Shown here: piece by piece, positions 1 through 12,630 of the stretch
How positions within the stretch are numbered: position 1 is the first letter of the stretch
Layout: each line of letters opens with the position of its first letter
Assembly (NCBI GenBank): GCA_964016885.1
Contig: OZ024741.1
Span: 63,240,001-63,304,000, forward strand
DNA from: Eledone cirrhosa
Taxonomy: Eukaryota
Length of the DNA: 64,000 nt
Direction of reading: 5' to 3'
Notes under the pieces: model-generated
Database searches by the model: none
What the model was told of the DNA's origin: nothing
Seen by the model: the letters and a program-made list of their open reading frames with translations, nothing else
Translations under genes and position numbers: made by a program

Positions 1-64
1 CACTTGTATGATCATGGCACAGAACAGGTTCTTGTGTATTCTAGTGCGGTGACATTTCAAACTT
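1..64 (-). CDS. Exon (runs off the window) of PDF-receptor-like GPCR, ICL1 and start of TM2
   Basis: Polypyrimidine tract plus ttgcag| acceptor at 65-66. Phase 2 completes R, then SLKCHRTRIHKNLFCAMIIQV, the hallmark class B GPCR ICL1/TM2 motif (LxCxRxxIHxNLF). Confidence 0.95.
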
Positions 65-406
65 CTGCAAATAGAGAAGACAAAGAAGAGTATATTAGAA
101 TTAGAGTATTATATATGTTATTATAGTTGGAGAATTTAACAAGACGTCAGCCCTGATCAAACACGTATCATTTAAAATATTGCAACGAAATCTATCGAAT
201 TTCAGCGAAAAAATGTTTAGCGGTATTTATTCCGAGACTGTGCGTTCTGACTCAAAATCTGAACAAGGTCATCTTTGCCTATCATTCTTTTGAGCTCGTT
301 AAAATAAAGTATAAATTATATTCTTAATTGTAATATCAATGATGAGACAAAACGTCAGAATGAAATGGAATCTACTTCGAAGATGCCTCCTCATTTAATA
401 GATTCA

Positions 407-474
<68 letters not shown>

Positions 475-590
475 GGAGGTGAGTTTTATTGTAGTACAAT
501 AAAGCAATGCAGATATCGGATAAGAAGCACTCTACAGTTTGTAGGACTGGAGTATACATAATATAAGATCAAAAGATGGTTAAAGGAGTC

Positions 591-669
591 CCATGTATTT
601 TATTATGCGCATTTCAAAAACAAACATCATCATGCAATAATATTTGTGTTTTCATCAGATAAAACAGGA
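591..669 (-). ncRNA. Minimal type-I hammerhead ribozyme
   Basis: tcctgttttat-CTGATGA-stem II (acaaatattat/atgatgtttgt)-GAAA-TGCGCA-TA-ataaaatacatgg. Stem III is the palindrome ATGCGCAT. Confidence 0.85.
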
Positions 670-1750
670 GAACATGATATGAAGGCTAAAAAACACTTGT
701 GGATAGTGCAGTTTTAAATCAACATATGAAAAGTGGTTTTAGATTGATGTGTGATATTGGGAAAAAATATTTTATTTAGAGAGGGGGGGTGGAAAGGATG
801 AAAAGGGGGAGGAGATGAGAGGGAGAGATGGGTGATAGAGAGAAAGAGATAGTTTTTATAACTGAGAAAAAGATATATTGTTTTACATAGAGAGGTTGAG
901 AACCGTTGGAAGATAATGTATAAATTAAAGGAATTTGAAAATTAACGAAGGGAATTTATGTATGAAGATAGAGAGAAAAAATAATAATTGTGGATGAATA
1001 TTCTAACGTCAAAAAAAGTGTATGTTGATAAGTATTGTGGCAATTTCAAAATTAACGAAGAGAAAAATTATTACGGTTTGTGTGTAGAAGGATTTGAGAA
1101 AAATAATGTGAAGTTAAAGTTTGTATATTGAAGGAATTGATAATATATGCGAATAAAGAGTTAATATGTATTAAGAATGAGTTCGTTGATGGGGAGAAAA
1201 AAATAATAAATTAAGGATGAAATTGAGATTAAAACGATTTATGATAGAGAGAAAAAATAATAATGATTGCGGATGAATATTCTAACGTCAAAAAAACAAA
1301 TGTATATGTTATGAAGGATTTTACAAGGTGAAGATAGAATGAGGGTAATGAGTAAACAAGTATTATAGAGTGTATAATTTCTCTCTATCACCCATCTCTC
1401 CCTCTCCACCTTCACTCTCATCTCCTCCCCCTTTTTTCATCCCCCCCCCCTCCCTAAATAAAATATTTTTTCCTCGTTGATTTTCAAATTCTTTTAATTC
1501 ATACATTATCTTCCAACTGTTTTCAACCTCTCTATGTAAAACAATATATCTCCTCTCAGTTATAAAAACTATCTCTTTCTCTCTATCACCCATCTCTCCC
1601 TCTCATCTCCTCCCCTTTTTCATCCTCCCCCCACCCCCTCTCTAAATAAAATATTTTCCCCAATATCACACATCAATCTAAAACCACTTTTCATATGTTG
1701 ATTTAAAACTGCACTATCCACAAGTGTTTTTTAGCCTTCATATCATGTTC

Positions 1751-1830
1751 TCCTGTTTTATCTGATGAAAACACAAATATTATTGCATGATGATGTTTGT
1801 TTTTGAAATTCGCATAATAAAATACATGGA
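1751..1830 (+). ncRNA. Minimal type-I hammerhead ribozyme (inverted copy of 591-669)
   Basis: Same layout. Stem III ATTCGCAT carries one substitution that breaks the palindrome. Confidence 0.75.
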
Positions 1831-1854
1831 ACTCCTTTAACCATCTTTTGATCT

Positions 1855-1893
<39 letters not shown>

Positions 1894-2135
1894 GAGATGT
1901 GTAATATACATATATATATATATAAATGTAAGTATGTATGTATGCATACATATATGTATACAGACGTACAGTAGTATGCATATATATACATACATGCACA
2001 CATAAATATGTACGTATGGGTTTACCGAACATTTATTATAATGCTCGGTTTGTTTGTAAACAACAAACAGCCCGAATTACCCGTACAGTTTTCAGGCAAC
2101 CATCGTCACCTTTTTGGTCAACACTGACACAAGAA

Positions 2136-2176
2136 CGATATACTAGTTTCAAGCTTATTAGCTATCGTCAGCATCG
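2136..2176 (-). ncRNA. Minimal type-I hammerhead ribozyme
   Basis: cgatg-CTGACGA-t agct aata agct t-GAAA-CTAG-TA-tatcg. Stem III is the palindrome ACTAGT. Confidence 0.85.
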
Positions 2177-2379
2177 TATACCTTTCCTTTCTGTCAGATC
2201 GTTGAACGTCTTAAAGTATATACTTTCCTTATATCTGGACTGAGTCCAGAAATAGCCGTCGAAACAGCTTGAGCTCTGCCGTGGGGGTGAAACATTTTCC
2301 TATTACCCACACTAGTACCCTAAGTATTGAGTACTCTGGTGCGTTATGGTCCATCCAGTTCCTTACCACACCCCCTTCG

Positions 2380-2415
<36 letters not shown>

Positions 2416-3377
2416 TTTAAAAAATAGAGGTGTGACACACGAGTTCTGATATATTAGTAAAAAGGAAAAGAAAATGCTGACAGATTTTTCCTAGCGAAAA
2501 ATATTTTAATTAGGAATAAGTATAAATTAGTAATAAGTATTGGTTAGTATTCAGTTTTAGTTTTAAGTTTTTACCGGTTGCGCATTTCTAATGCTTTTCA
2601 AAAATAATTTTGAGATAGAGCGCTCGTGGTGTTTGCTCTAATCTGATTAGTTTTGGAAATTCTTCCTGTTTTATGTGAAAAAAGTGGCTCCAGAGGTTTT
2701 AAGATTTGGTTGGTTGTTGAATGTCACGTGAATAAGTACTATAAATATCGTGCCAATTCGTGTTGCAAAAATTCTTGTAGTCAAAGCAATTTTGATTGGT
2801 CAGTATAGGTCACGTGAATGTTAAAAATTGATTTTAGCGCGAACTGGTGTGGCACCAAATGTAAATTTGAAGACTAAAATCCAAAGAGGGCTCGATAGGG
2901 ATAAATATATATCAAATATATAAGAACCGTAGACCAAATATTTATTAAAATAACAGGATAAAGTTTGAGCAAAGAATCGCTTTCACCCTTAACGGGATCT
3001 TCTGAAACTAAAAAAGTCAATCTGTGAACGCAGAAGTAAATATTTCAAAAAACGTTGCAACCGAAGGAAGACAGGAAGACGATACTTTGGTTTGTGGAAA
3101 CGTTCCCTGGCAAAGAACGCAAAAAGACGAAGATAATACGTCATTATTTGGTGCGGTGAAAACACTACACGCAAAGACAAAACCACGTTTTTGGTTTAAC
3201 TGAAGTCGTAGACTAACATTCCATTTAGGAAATCGAATGATTCTCGGCTTCAGAGTTAAAAATAAAGTAAATAAAATAAAGAGGTAATTGAAATTAAATA
3301 TATACATACACGCATCCATATACGTACATACATTTATCGAGTCCTCTTTGGATTTTAGTCTTCAAATTTATTATTAT

Positions 3378-3427
<50 letters not shown>

Positions 3428-3620
3428 GTTATTCCGGGTTGAATCGGAGGTAACCACAGTAAGTAAGGTACTCAATACATAGCAGAGTATAACAGTTTTA
3501 ATATAGATGAGATTCTACAGGACCAGAACTGTTTCATTCATTAGAGATTCCTGATGATTTCTAATGAATGAAACAGTTCTGGTCCTGTAGAATCTCATCT
3601 ATATATATAGAGAGAGAGAG

Positions 3621-3695
<75 letters not shown>

Positions 3696-3944
3696 GAGTG
3701 AAAGAGGGGGATAGAGGTAGATATACAGATCTAAATGTGCGTGTGAGTGTGTCTGTGTGTACATGTGTATCATTATATAGAGGAAGAATATGAGGTAGAG
3801 ATCGCATTCAAGGAAAGTTGCAAAAAATGAAGCATCGGTATATATATCGCAATATCTCCATTATGTATGGAAGATATTTCCTTTCAGCTTCCTGTTAGAA
3901 ACCTTTCCAGTGATAATAATTACAAACAAGTGTTCTCTTATCCG

Positions 3945-4037
<93 letters not shown>

Positions 4038-4074
4038 TATATATATAAATATATATATATACATGTATACATAT

Positions 4075-4116
<42 letters not shown>

Positions 4117-4682
4117 GTGTGTGTATAAGTATGTTTATAAATATACACACACAGCACACACATATATACATATATGTGTGTCCATACTTGTGTGATTGTA
4201 TGTGCGTGTATATGTATGCGTGTATATGTATGAGTGTTTATTCGAGGGAGTGCTGCAAACATAGAAATAGAAAGCGTTCAAATACATCGTAGGAACAGAA
4301 TCTAGATATAAATTAAAATAATGATACGGTCAAGATCTATAATTCTGATAAGGTTTCAGTGAAGCATATAACCTACTTTTGAAAATGTTGCAAAGGAAGC
4401 TGAATACTAAATAGACAGTTTCATAAACTGAGTTTGTTGGTGAATGGGGTCACTTAAACGGTTACGAATATAGATTGTAATCATGATTTTCTTTTTATTT
4501 TGGTTATTGCTTTTTTTTTTAATTTCCCTGTGGTTGTTTCATATGTTTATTTTATATATATATATGTTAATCTATTTCTAGTTGATATGTAATGCACGGA
4601 TCTATTCATTAGAATCTTTGAGCTTATTCTACAGTGGATATGGTGCATGTCTCTCAGATATGACAACCCTTAATTTTAATTT

Positions 4683-4751
<69 letters not shown>

Positions 4752-5319
4752 GTATATATACATTTACATAAAACTACATGATTATACGAAATTAATCTTA
4801 ATAAAACGTCGTCTATTTAAGATAACATTAAAGGGAATACTCTCCATACCAATATATACACACACGCACATATATATATGTATATATGAATATTCCTACA
4901 CATACATACGAATATATTTATAAATATTTATGTATGTATGTGTATATGTATATAACGAAGAAAGTGTGGTAAGGAACCAGAAGGACCATAGCGCACCAGA
5001 GTACTCAATACTTAGGGTAGTAGAGTGGGTAATAGGAAAATATTTAACCCGACGGCAGAGTTCATGCTGTTTCGACGGCTATTTCTGGACGGCCCTGCCG
5101 TCGGGGTTACCACGGACCCTCCATCTCGACTCTACTTTTGAAAAGCAGAAGAACTGCGAAACCAGTAAAGGGACCAAATAAATATTTATATTCTTTTTTA
5201 AAATAAGACTCCAGTTGCATTTTCGATTTCATGCTTTTCTCTTTGTACTTTTACTCGTGTAGGACACCTCGGTTATTTTTCATTTTGTAAAAAAACCTCA
5301 CTTTCTAATATATATATAT

Positions 5320-5775
5320 AAATCAAGAAAGAAGAGTGACACGGTTTGCTATCCTATGTGGTGCTTTTCCATGTTGTTGCCGTGCGTTAATGGTGTTGTT
5401 CAACCAGGAGGGAGCTATGTATACGGATAACAAATTATTGTTATAGGTAATCCACTTAGATGTAGTCCAGTTAGGGTACTCCGTGTAGTGGATAGTATCA
5501 ACGCTTGGCTAAGTTTGACTCAACAATGCGTTTCCATGGTGATGCTGTGAGTATGCGTTGATTTCTATGTAGTTTGCACTTGGAGTATTGATAAATCAAG
5601 AAAGAAGAGTGACACGGTTTGCTATCCTATGTGGTGGTTTTCCATGTTGTTGCCGTGCGCTAATGGTATTGCTCAACCAGGTGGGAGCTATGTATACGGG
5701 ATAACAAATTATTGTTATAGGTAGTCCACTTAGATGTAGTCCAGTTAGGGTACTCCGAGTAGTGGGTAGTATCAT
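5320..5775. repeat. About 180-bp direct repeat (5320-5500, 5592-5775) between (TA)n runs
   Basis: aaatcaagaaagaagagtgacacggtttgctatcc...agtatca occurs twice. Confidence 0.9.
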
Positions 5776-5795
5776 AACAATAATTTGTTATCCCG

Positions 5796-5926
<131 letters not shown>

Positions 5927-6331
5927 ATACATATATATTGGGATGACTTCACTAATAAACCAATTTGCAGACTCATAAACTTTGTCAATACTGAATTAAG
6001 ACTTGTTAGTAAGGTCATAGTTAAAAAATATTAATATAAATGTATCCAACATCAGTGAGATAATAGTCAAGATTCATAGATTTGTTTAATGTTTTCAAAC
6101 ACACTAAGAATGCTAGGTATACACAATTTTACATAGTTGACTTTTACCACTTGATATGCAGGACATTACTTGATAACGCCTTAGATATCGCTAGCAATTT
6201 CACCAATATATACGAGTTAGACCGGTTAGTAATATCCGACTATAGGAAACCCCTCTTTATAATGAGGACTCCTGGATAAAGTAATCCACTAACAATGATC
6301 TATTCGACGTGACGATCTATATATACATATG

Positions 6332-6364
<33 letters not shown>

Positions 6365-6406
6365 TCACTCATACCCCCCCCCACACACACACACATACAC
6401 ACACAT

Positions 6407-6491
<85 letters not shown>

Positions 6492-6560
6492 AACAAGGGA
6501 AAGCAAATAAAGAAAACATTTTTTAATAAATTTTAAAAATTTCACTGTACTTACTATATG

Positions 6561-6643
6561 TGCCTTTACCGCGATTTCAAATCCCAAACGAATAGATAAT
6601 CCAAGCGGATTTACATTCAGAAGGAGATTATCGTCAGAAGGCA
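6561..6643 (-). ncRNA. Minimal type-I hammerhead ribozyme
   Basis: tgcctt-CTGACGA-long stem II region-GAAA-TCGCGG-TA-aaggca. A related copy at 18040-18115 has the perfect palindrome ACCGCGGT but a damaged core. Confidence 0.75.
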
Positions 6644-6946
6644 TTTCTCTCCCGGAGAATATAAAATTCCCAAGTTAAAAATTTCAAAATGGCGCCATTC
6701 CAAATTGCCTCAGAATGAGAATAAATGAATGATAAAGCAGTTTTTGTATGGTACCGTGTGCAAAGGCGAGAGCACGGTGGACAAGTCAATCCTGTACTGC
6801 TAAAATTAGCAGCCATTCAGACGAATATAGGCGTCTCTACCATTGGGGGGAATAATAATAAAAGTATGTGTTCCTACATGTAATTAATACACACAGGGAT
6901 ACATCCGCCTGGGTTATCTATTTGTTTGTCTGGGATTTGAAACCGT

Positions 6947-7001
<55 letters not shown>

Positions 7002-7249
7002 TAGACCATATATATATAGAAACGAGTAGGACTCCGACGGCTAAGCTCAAGCCGTTTCGACGGCTAATTCTGGACTAAATGGTGCGTTATGGTCCATCTG
7101 GTTCCTTACCACATTTCCTTCGTTATATATATATATATATATACAACCCTATAGTCTATAGTTAGTATTCTTTTCACCTTAGCGAATCTGGTCCCTTACG
7201 ATTTGAACAGATATATGTATGTCTGTGTTCGTTTTTCTTTTTTGTTCAG

Positions 7250-7330
<81 letters not shown>

Positions 7331-7994
7331 TAGATCACCCATGACCCTTTGGGTCAAGTTCGCTTAAAAATAATGCGTATATATGTGTGCAAGACCTGAT
7401 ACCAGGGAGATCCATTGTTGTCGTCAATTTTCGAAGGAATGCAAGTCTCTAGGAGGCTTGAAAAACCATATCCGAGCGTCACACATCTGAATCTGATTGC
7501 AATCCTCTCAGCAGAGTTTGCAGCCATCATGTGTGTATGTATATAGATAACTAGGGTAACTCCGACATAAAACCTGCGGCTCAATAGTTACCGACGATAT
7601 TGATCTTTTCTTCTTTTCGGATTACAGCTACTCTCGCTCAGACAGTCAGATTGGCTCAGTGCAGAGTCTTTCCTCACTTTAAAATTTCTTTAGGCACAGG
7701 CATTGCACTATAGCGTTAATTGGTGATTATTAATAATGTTATATCGTGCAATCACCATACTCGGTAACGAGGAGGCAGTCGTCATGTATTTAGATATAGA
7801 TATATATGGTGTGTACATGTATGGTGTAGACGAAGGATGCTTGTGTGCTTGTATCCCAATGGATTTCAGTGTTAATTATTTACCAGTTTGAAAAAGACTC
7901 CCTTTTTCCTACCCATTTCACTTAAAACCCTATCTGTGCCAGTTACGTTTCTAATACCCATTCATCATCCCTATGCACAGAGAAAGGAACAAAG

Positions 7995-8074
<80 letters not shown>

Positions 8075-8401
8075 CCACACACTTAAACCATCACAAACAA
8101 AAATGCACACACACACACATGTCCACTGAAAATATACAATGATTACACTCTTTTCTAAACCTCTCCTAATATCAATATACCTATTGACTAGCTTTTCTCC
8201 AATTTATTTTCTGTTCCTTAGTCTTCTCACTCTCTATCTTTTTATCTTATCTTTTATTCCGCATTCTATCTTCTCATGAAGGAATAGTCACCGAAACATG
8301 AAGAATCTCTTCCTACTATATTAAGCGTTAAATTAATAAATTGCTTCATTGTACTGTGTTGTTTTCTTTGTTTTTCCATGTACTTCTTGCATAAATACTC
8401 A

Positions 8402-8479
<78 letters not shown>

Positions 8480-8912
8480 CATACATACATGTACATATAT
8501 ATATATGTGTTTATATACATATATATATATATATGTATATAAAACACACATAGAACAAACAACCAACCAGTAACATGTAAATAAACAAATAGATAAACAA
8601 ATATAAACACACACAGACATCCGGATGTAAGACATGCGCAAACTAAGCACACAACACACACAAAAACAAGATGGCTTACGACAGAACAAAGGAGAGGCAC
8701 AAAAACAAAGAAAAGAAACTCCAGTCACTGAAGAGATCACAGAATGTGTGACGAAAGAACTTTGACAATATATGAACAATCGTCTGGTTGTGGAACCAGC
8801 CAACTAACGGGAAATTTATAAATTCTTAAATTTATAAATTGAATTTATAATAAATTGAAGTGAAAGCAGCTGGTGCGTGTGTTTCTTATTGGCAACATGA
8901 CCCCCCTAAAGC

Positions 8913-8989
<77 letters not shown>

Positions 8990-9629
8990 TATATTTTTTT
9001 TTTTTATTTAAGTCGTTTGGAAGCCTCGACAATGCAGATAGGTAAATCTCCGGGTAACAAGATCCGGTGGTGGAGAGAGATATGTAAGTGGGTGTACGTT
9101 GAGATGCGTGGCGTGTATAAGACTGTAACGTGTAGAGGAATGAAGCAAAGAGCGTAAAGGATAAAAATAAACATAACAACACGAGAAAGTGTTAACTTGG
9201 GAGAGATTTAATTGTCCCTCCATCAACTTGTGGGGGGGGATCGGGGGGCGGGGGTCTGTCGGAAAGGTGCGAAACGTGTCCTCCGCTGTTCGTTGGTATT
9301 CAGCAGAGCGCGCGTGCGCGTGAAATGGGGTCGGTCAGGCAATAGGGCAGCGGCCAAAGTAGTTCTTTCAATTGTGGGAGTGGGGAGGCGCTAGCTGTCA
9401 GTCCATTGTCTGCCTGTTTGGTGAATGTTACTCTGTGTGTGTGTGTGGGTGTGTTGTTGTCTCGCTTGAGTGTGTGTATGTGTGCGTGGGTGGTTGCCTT
9501 GTTCCTCTGTATTGGCAGTGTATTATGTTCGTATGGTGGAATGCTACTGTGTGTGTGTGTGTGTGCGTGTGTTGCTGCATCGTTTGTTAACTTAAACCAA
9601 CCACCTCATTTCGCTTCTCTCGGATCGGT

Positions 9630-9780
9630 TGTTTAATTATGACCCTAGGCGTTTGATCCAAAGTGCTTCCTTGATACGTAACGTGCCGACGTTTCTTTCT
9701 GTCGCTAGAATTGTGACAATGGGCCTTCCGTCTTTGTTTCCGCATTTGGCTATGTGTTTCCGGAAGGACGAAGCCCTAGT
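9630..9780 (-). mobile_element. Penelope-like GIY-YIG C-terminal fragment
   Basis: [10 protein letters not shown]...[26 protein letters not shown] fits the H..C..IL..E....L.IKEAL.I....LN end of PLE endonucleases. Confidence 0.6.
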
Positions 9781-9935
9781 CTTATACACGCCAACGTACC
9801 CCCAGTTACATCTCTCTCTCCACCATCGGATCTTGTTACCCGGAGATTTACCCATCTGCATTGTCGAGGCTTCCAAACAACTTAAAGAAATGTACCTTAT
9901 TATTCCACAATGCTTCAAGCAAACTTCAATACTCT

Positions 9936-10023
<88 letters not shown>

Positions 10024-10056
10024 CATATATATATACATACATATATGTGTATATAT

Positions 10057-10087
<31 letters not shown>

Positions 10088-10091
10088 GAAA

Positions 10092-10124
<33 letters not shown>

Positions 10125-10959
10125 TTATGTATATATATATATACGTGTATATATACACGTATGTATTACTTATGCATACATACAATAGCAGTTCACTCCC
10201 CGCACTATAGACACGAACACCTGTGAGTCTGTATGCGTATGTGTATTTCTCTGTGTGCATCTGTGTGCGCGTGTGATCATAAAACTTTGTACCAAATAAT
10301 GTGTTAAGATGGCGATTTGTTTATTCCTTGATGAGCATATATCCATTTAAGCAATTAATTAATTTTTTCCAATAATTTGTCGAAATAGCTCCAAGGCAAA
10401 CCATTATTACTATTGTTATTAATTCAGTTAAAGCCATTGTTTTTAGGGATCCCATTGTGTAAATTTATAATTGTTATTATTATGTTCATTTTAACTATAA
10501 TTATAATTATTATTATTCAATATAATTTCAATGTTAGTTTTCTTGTTATTGAATACAAATACAAAAGCGGGAGTGAACTGTATTGATTGTCTAAAATGCA
10601 ATAAATAATTAGTGCAGTACATATAATTAACATATATCGATTATTATATAGAATTAACCAAATTAAATACAATGATGCATTGTGATTATATAAATGTTGG
10701 ATCCTTCGTCAGTTTCGACAAAATGCAACTGTTTTTCTAGCAACTGAATGTTTTGCACTTTACATTAACATAGCTGAATCAAAGTAACAAAATATATTGT
10801 CTTTTTAAACAGACAATGTACGAAGTCGAATTTCGGGTAGTTTTTAAACGCTGAGGAAAAAAAATTATATATATATACATATATATTGGGTCTTCAAGTA
10901 TGAAATTTGTAGAAATTAGAAGAACAAAACAAATTTTTACAAATGTCATACTTGACGAC

Positions 10960-11031
<72 letters not shown>

Positions 11032-11033
11032 TT

Positions 11034-11076
<43 letters not shown>

Positions 11077-11791
11077 AAAGAATGCGCTGATGTGCAGAAG
11101 TCCTGTAATGATAGCTTACAAAATATGATAGGATGAAGACGCTTAAAAGAAGTTACCGTGTTTTAAATGTCTTCACCCTACCCTATATTATAACTTATGT
11201 TTATAGCACTTCCCCAAAGTGCTTATGTACCCAGCTCCCCTCACAAACTTTCAGTAGAGTCTACGATAATTTATATTTCGAAATATACCACGCAATGGGA
11301 TCGATGTCACGACTTCATTATTTCAACCGAACGTCTTAACAATTCAGTCATGCCTGTGTTTATTATGTTAATAACATCATAATTCCATCTATACGACAGA
11401 GATCAAGAATACTTCTGTTTCAACTAGGCAAATAAATTATATTTCCAGCATGTTGCTTTCACTCCAGTAAATCGGACAGTGAATAAATTATAATTTATAC
11501 TTGGTGCGACTGATGTAAAATATAAAACGAGTGCATCCAATATATTGACTCCTTTAATATAATCGATATTTTGAAATCAACTGGATATCTCCATGTAGAG
11601 TAACTATGCGCGTATATGTCCCAGTAACTCTAGTAAAAAGAATAATTAATAAATTCTAAACTGGTATTTGTGTCCACAACAAGGATTGATAACACGATGT
11701 GAGGAAAAATGTACTCTTTTTTTTTCTCTAGTTAATAAGTACTATTTCCTGCTTTCTTCTGCCTAGAAGGCACAGGAAATACTATCTTCTC

Positions 11792-12630
11792 TAACGTTGC
11801 TTTTGTGACTTGGATAGCCACTAGTTTGATCCCCGGAAGGTACTGCTCCCACCACTTCACTTAAAATCGGGGCTTATGAAACAGCTCTAGATAAGGAGTC
11901 GACAGGCATGAAGTACCTTCGAGACTTCTTCCCTAAGCTATTAGAGGCAAAAGTGAACGTTGGTGACTTCATCGGACCACAAATAAGGAAGATCATGGAG
12001 TGCAAGGAATTCCCCAAGAAATTCACTAAAACAGAGGAGGCACCGTGGAACAGCTTTGTTTCGGTGGTTCGGGACTTCCTGGGGAATCCTAAGGCCAAAG
12101 ATTAGATGGAGCTTGTTGAGACCCCGGTGAAGAACTTCGGCAAAATGGGTTATAGGATGTCCCTCAAAGTATATATCCTTCACGCTCATCTTGATAAATT
12201 CAAGAGGAACATGGGAGTATACTCTGATGAGCAGGGCGAGCTCTTCCACCAGGATATACTTGACTTTGAACGTCGCTACCAAGGATCATATAATGAAAAT
12301 ATGATGGGAGATTATATATGGAGGCTGATTTGTGAAAGCTATTTGCAGTTGAAGCGTAAATCCCCAAACCCACCCATTTCTAATTATTTTGCTATATTCC
12401 TCAAATAAATAAATGCAACATTTTGAATCATGTGTCATTGTATTCCAACTTTGCTTGAACGAGAATGTTCACATTTGGCAGTTTTCCCAATGGGATTAGG
12501 TAAACCTAGAAATATCATGACCATAAAAGCAACGTTTTAAGGAAATATTACCCATTTTTCATACTTTCTTCGCATAACCAAATAGAAAAGAATAGTTGCT
12601 ATCCAAGGTCAAAAATCATGTTACACAATG
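11792..12630 (+). mobile_element. Internally deleted Chapaev-like (CMC superfamily) DNA transposon
   Basis: Transposase C-terminus FIGPQIRKIM...FLGN.KA.D*..MSLKVYILHAHLD...SDEQGELFHQDI..FERRYQG...MMGDYIW. Imperfect terminal inverted repeats at about 11792-11822 and 12594-12630. Superfamily assigned from recalled motifs. Confidence 0.72.

Larger units (their letters stand above)
561..1860. repeat. Fold-back with about 390-bp arms (561-950 / 1472-1860), each arm carrying a hammerhead
   Basis: Arms are near-identical reverse complements. The whole unit (from about 473) is bounded by (TA)n. Confidence 0.92.
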
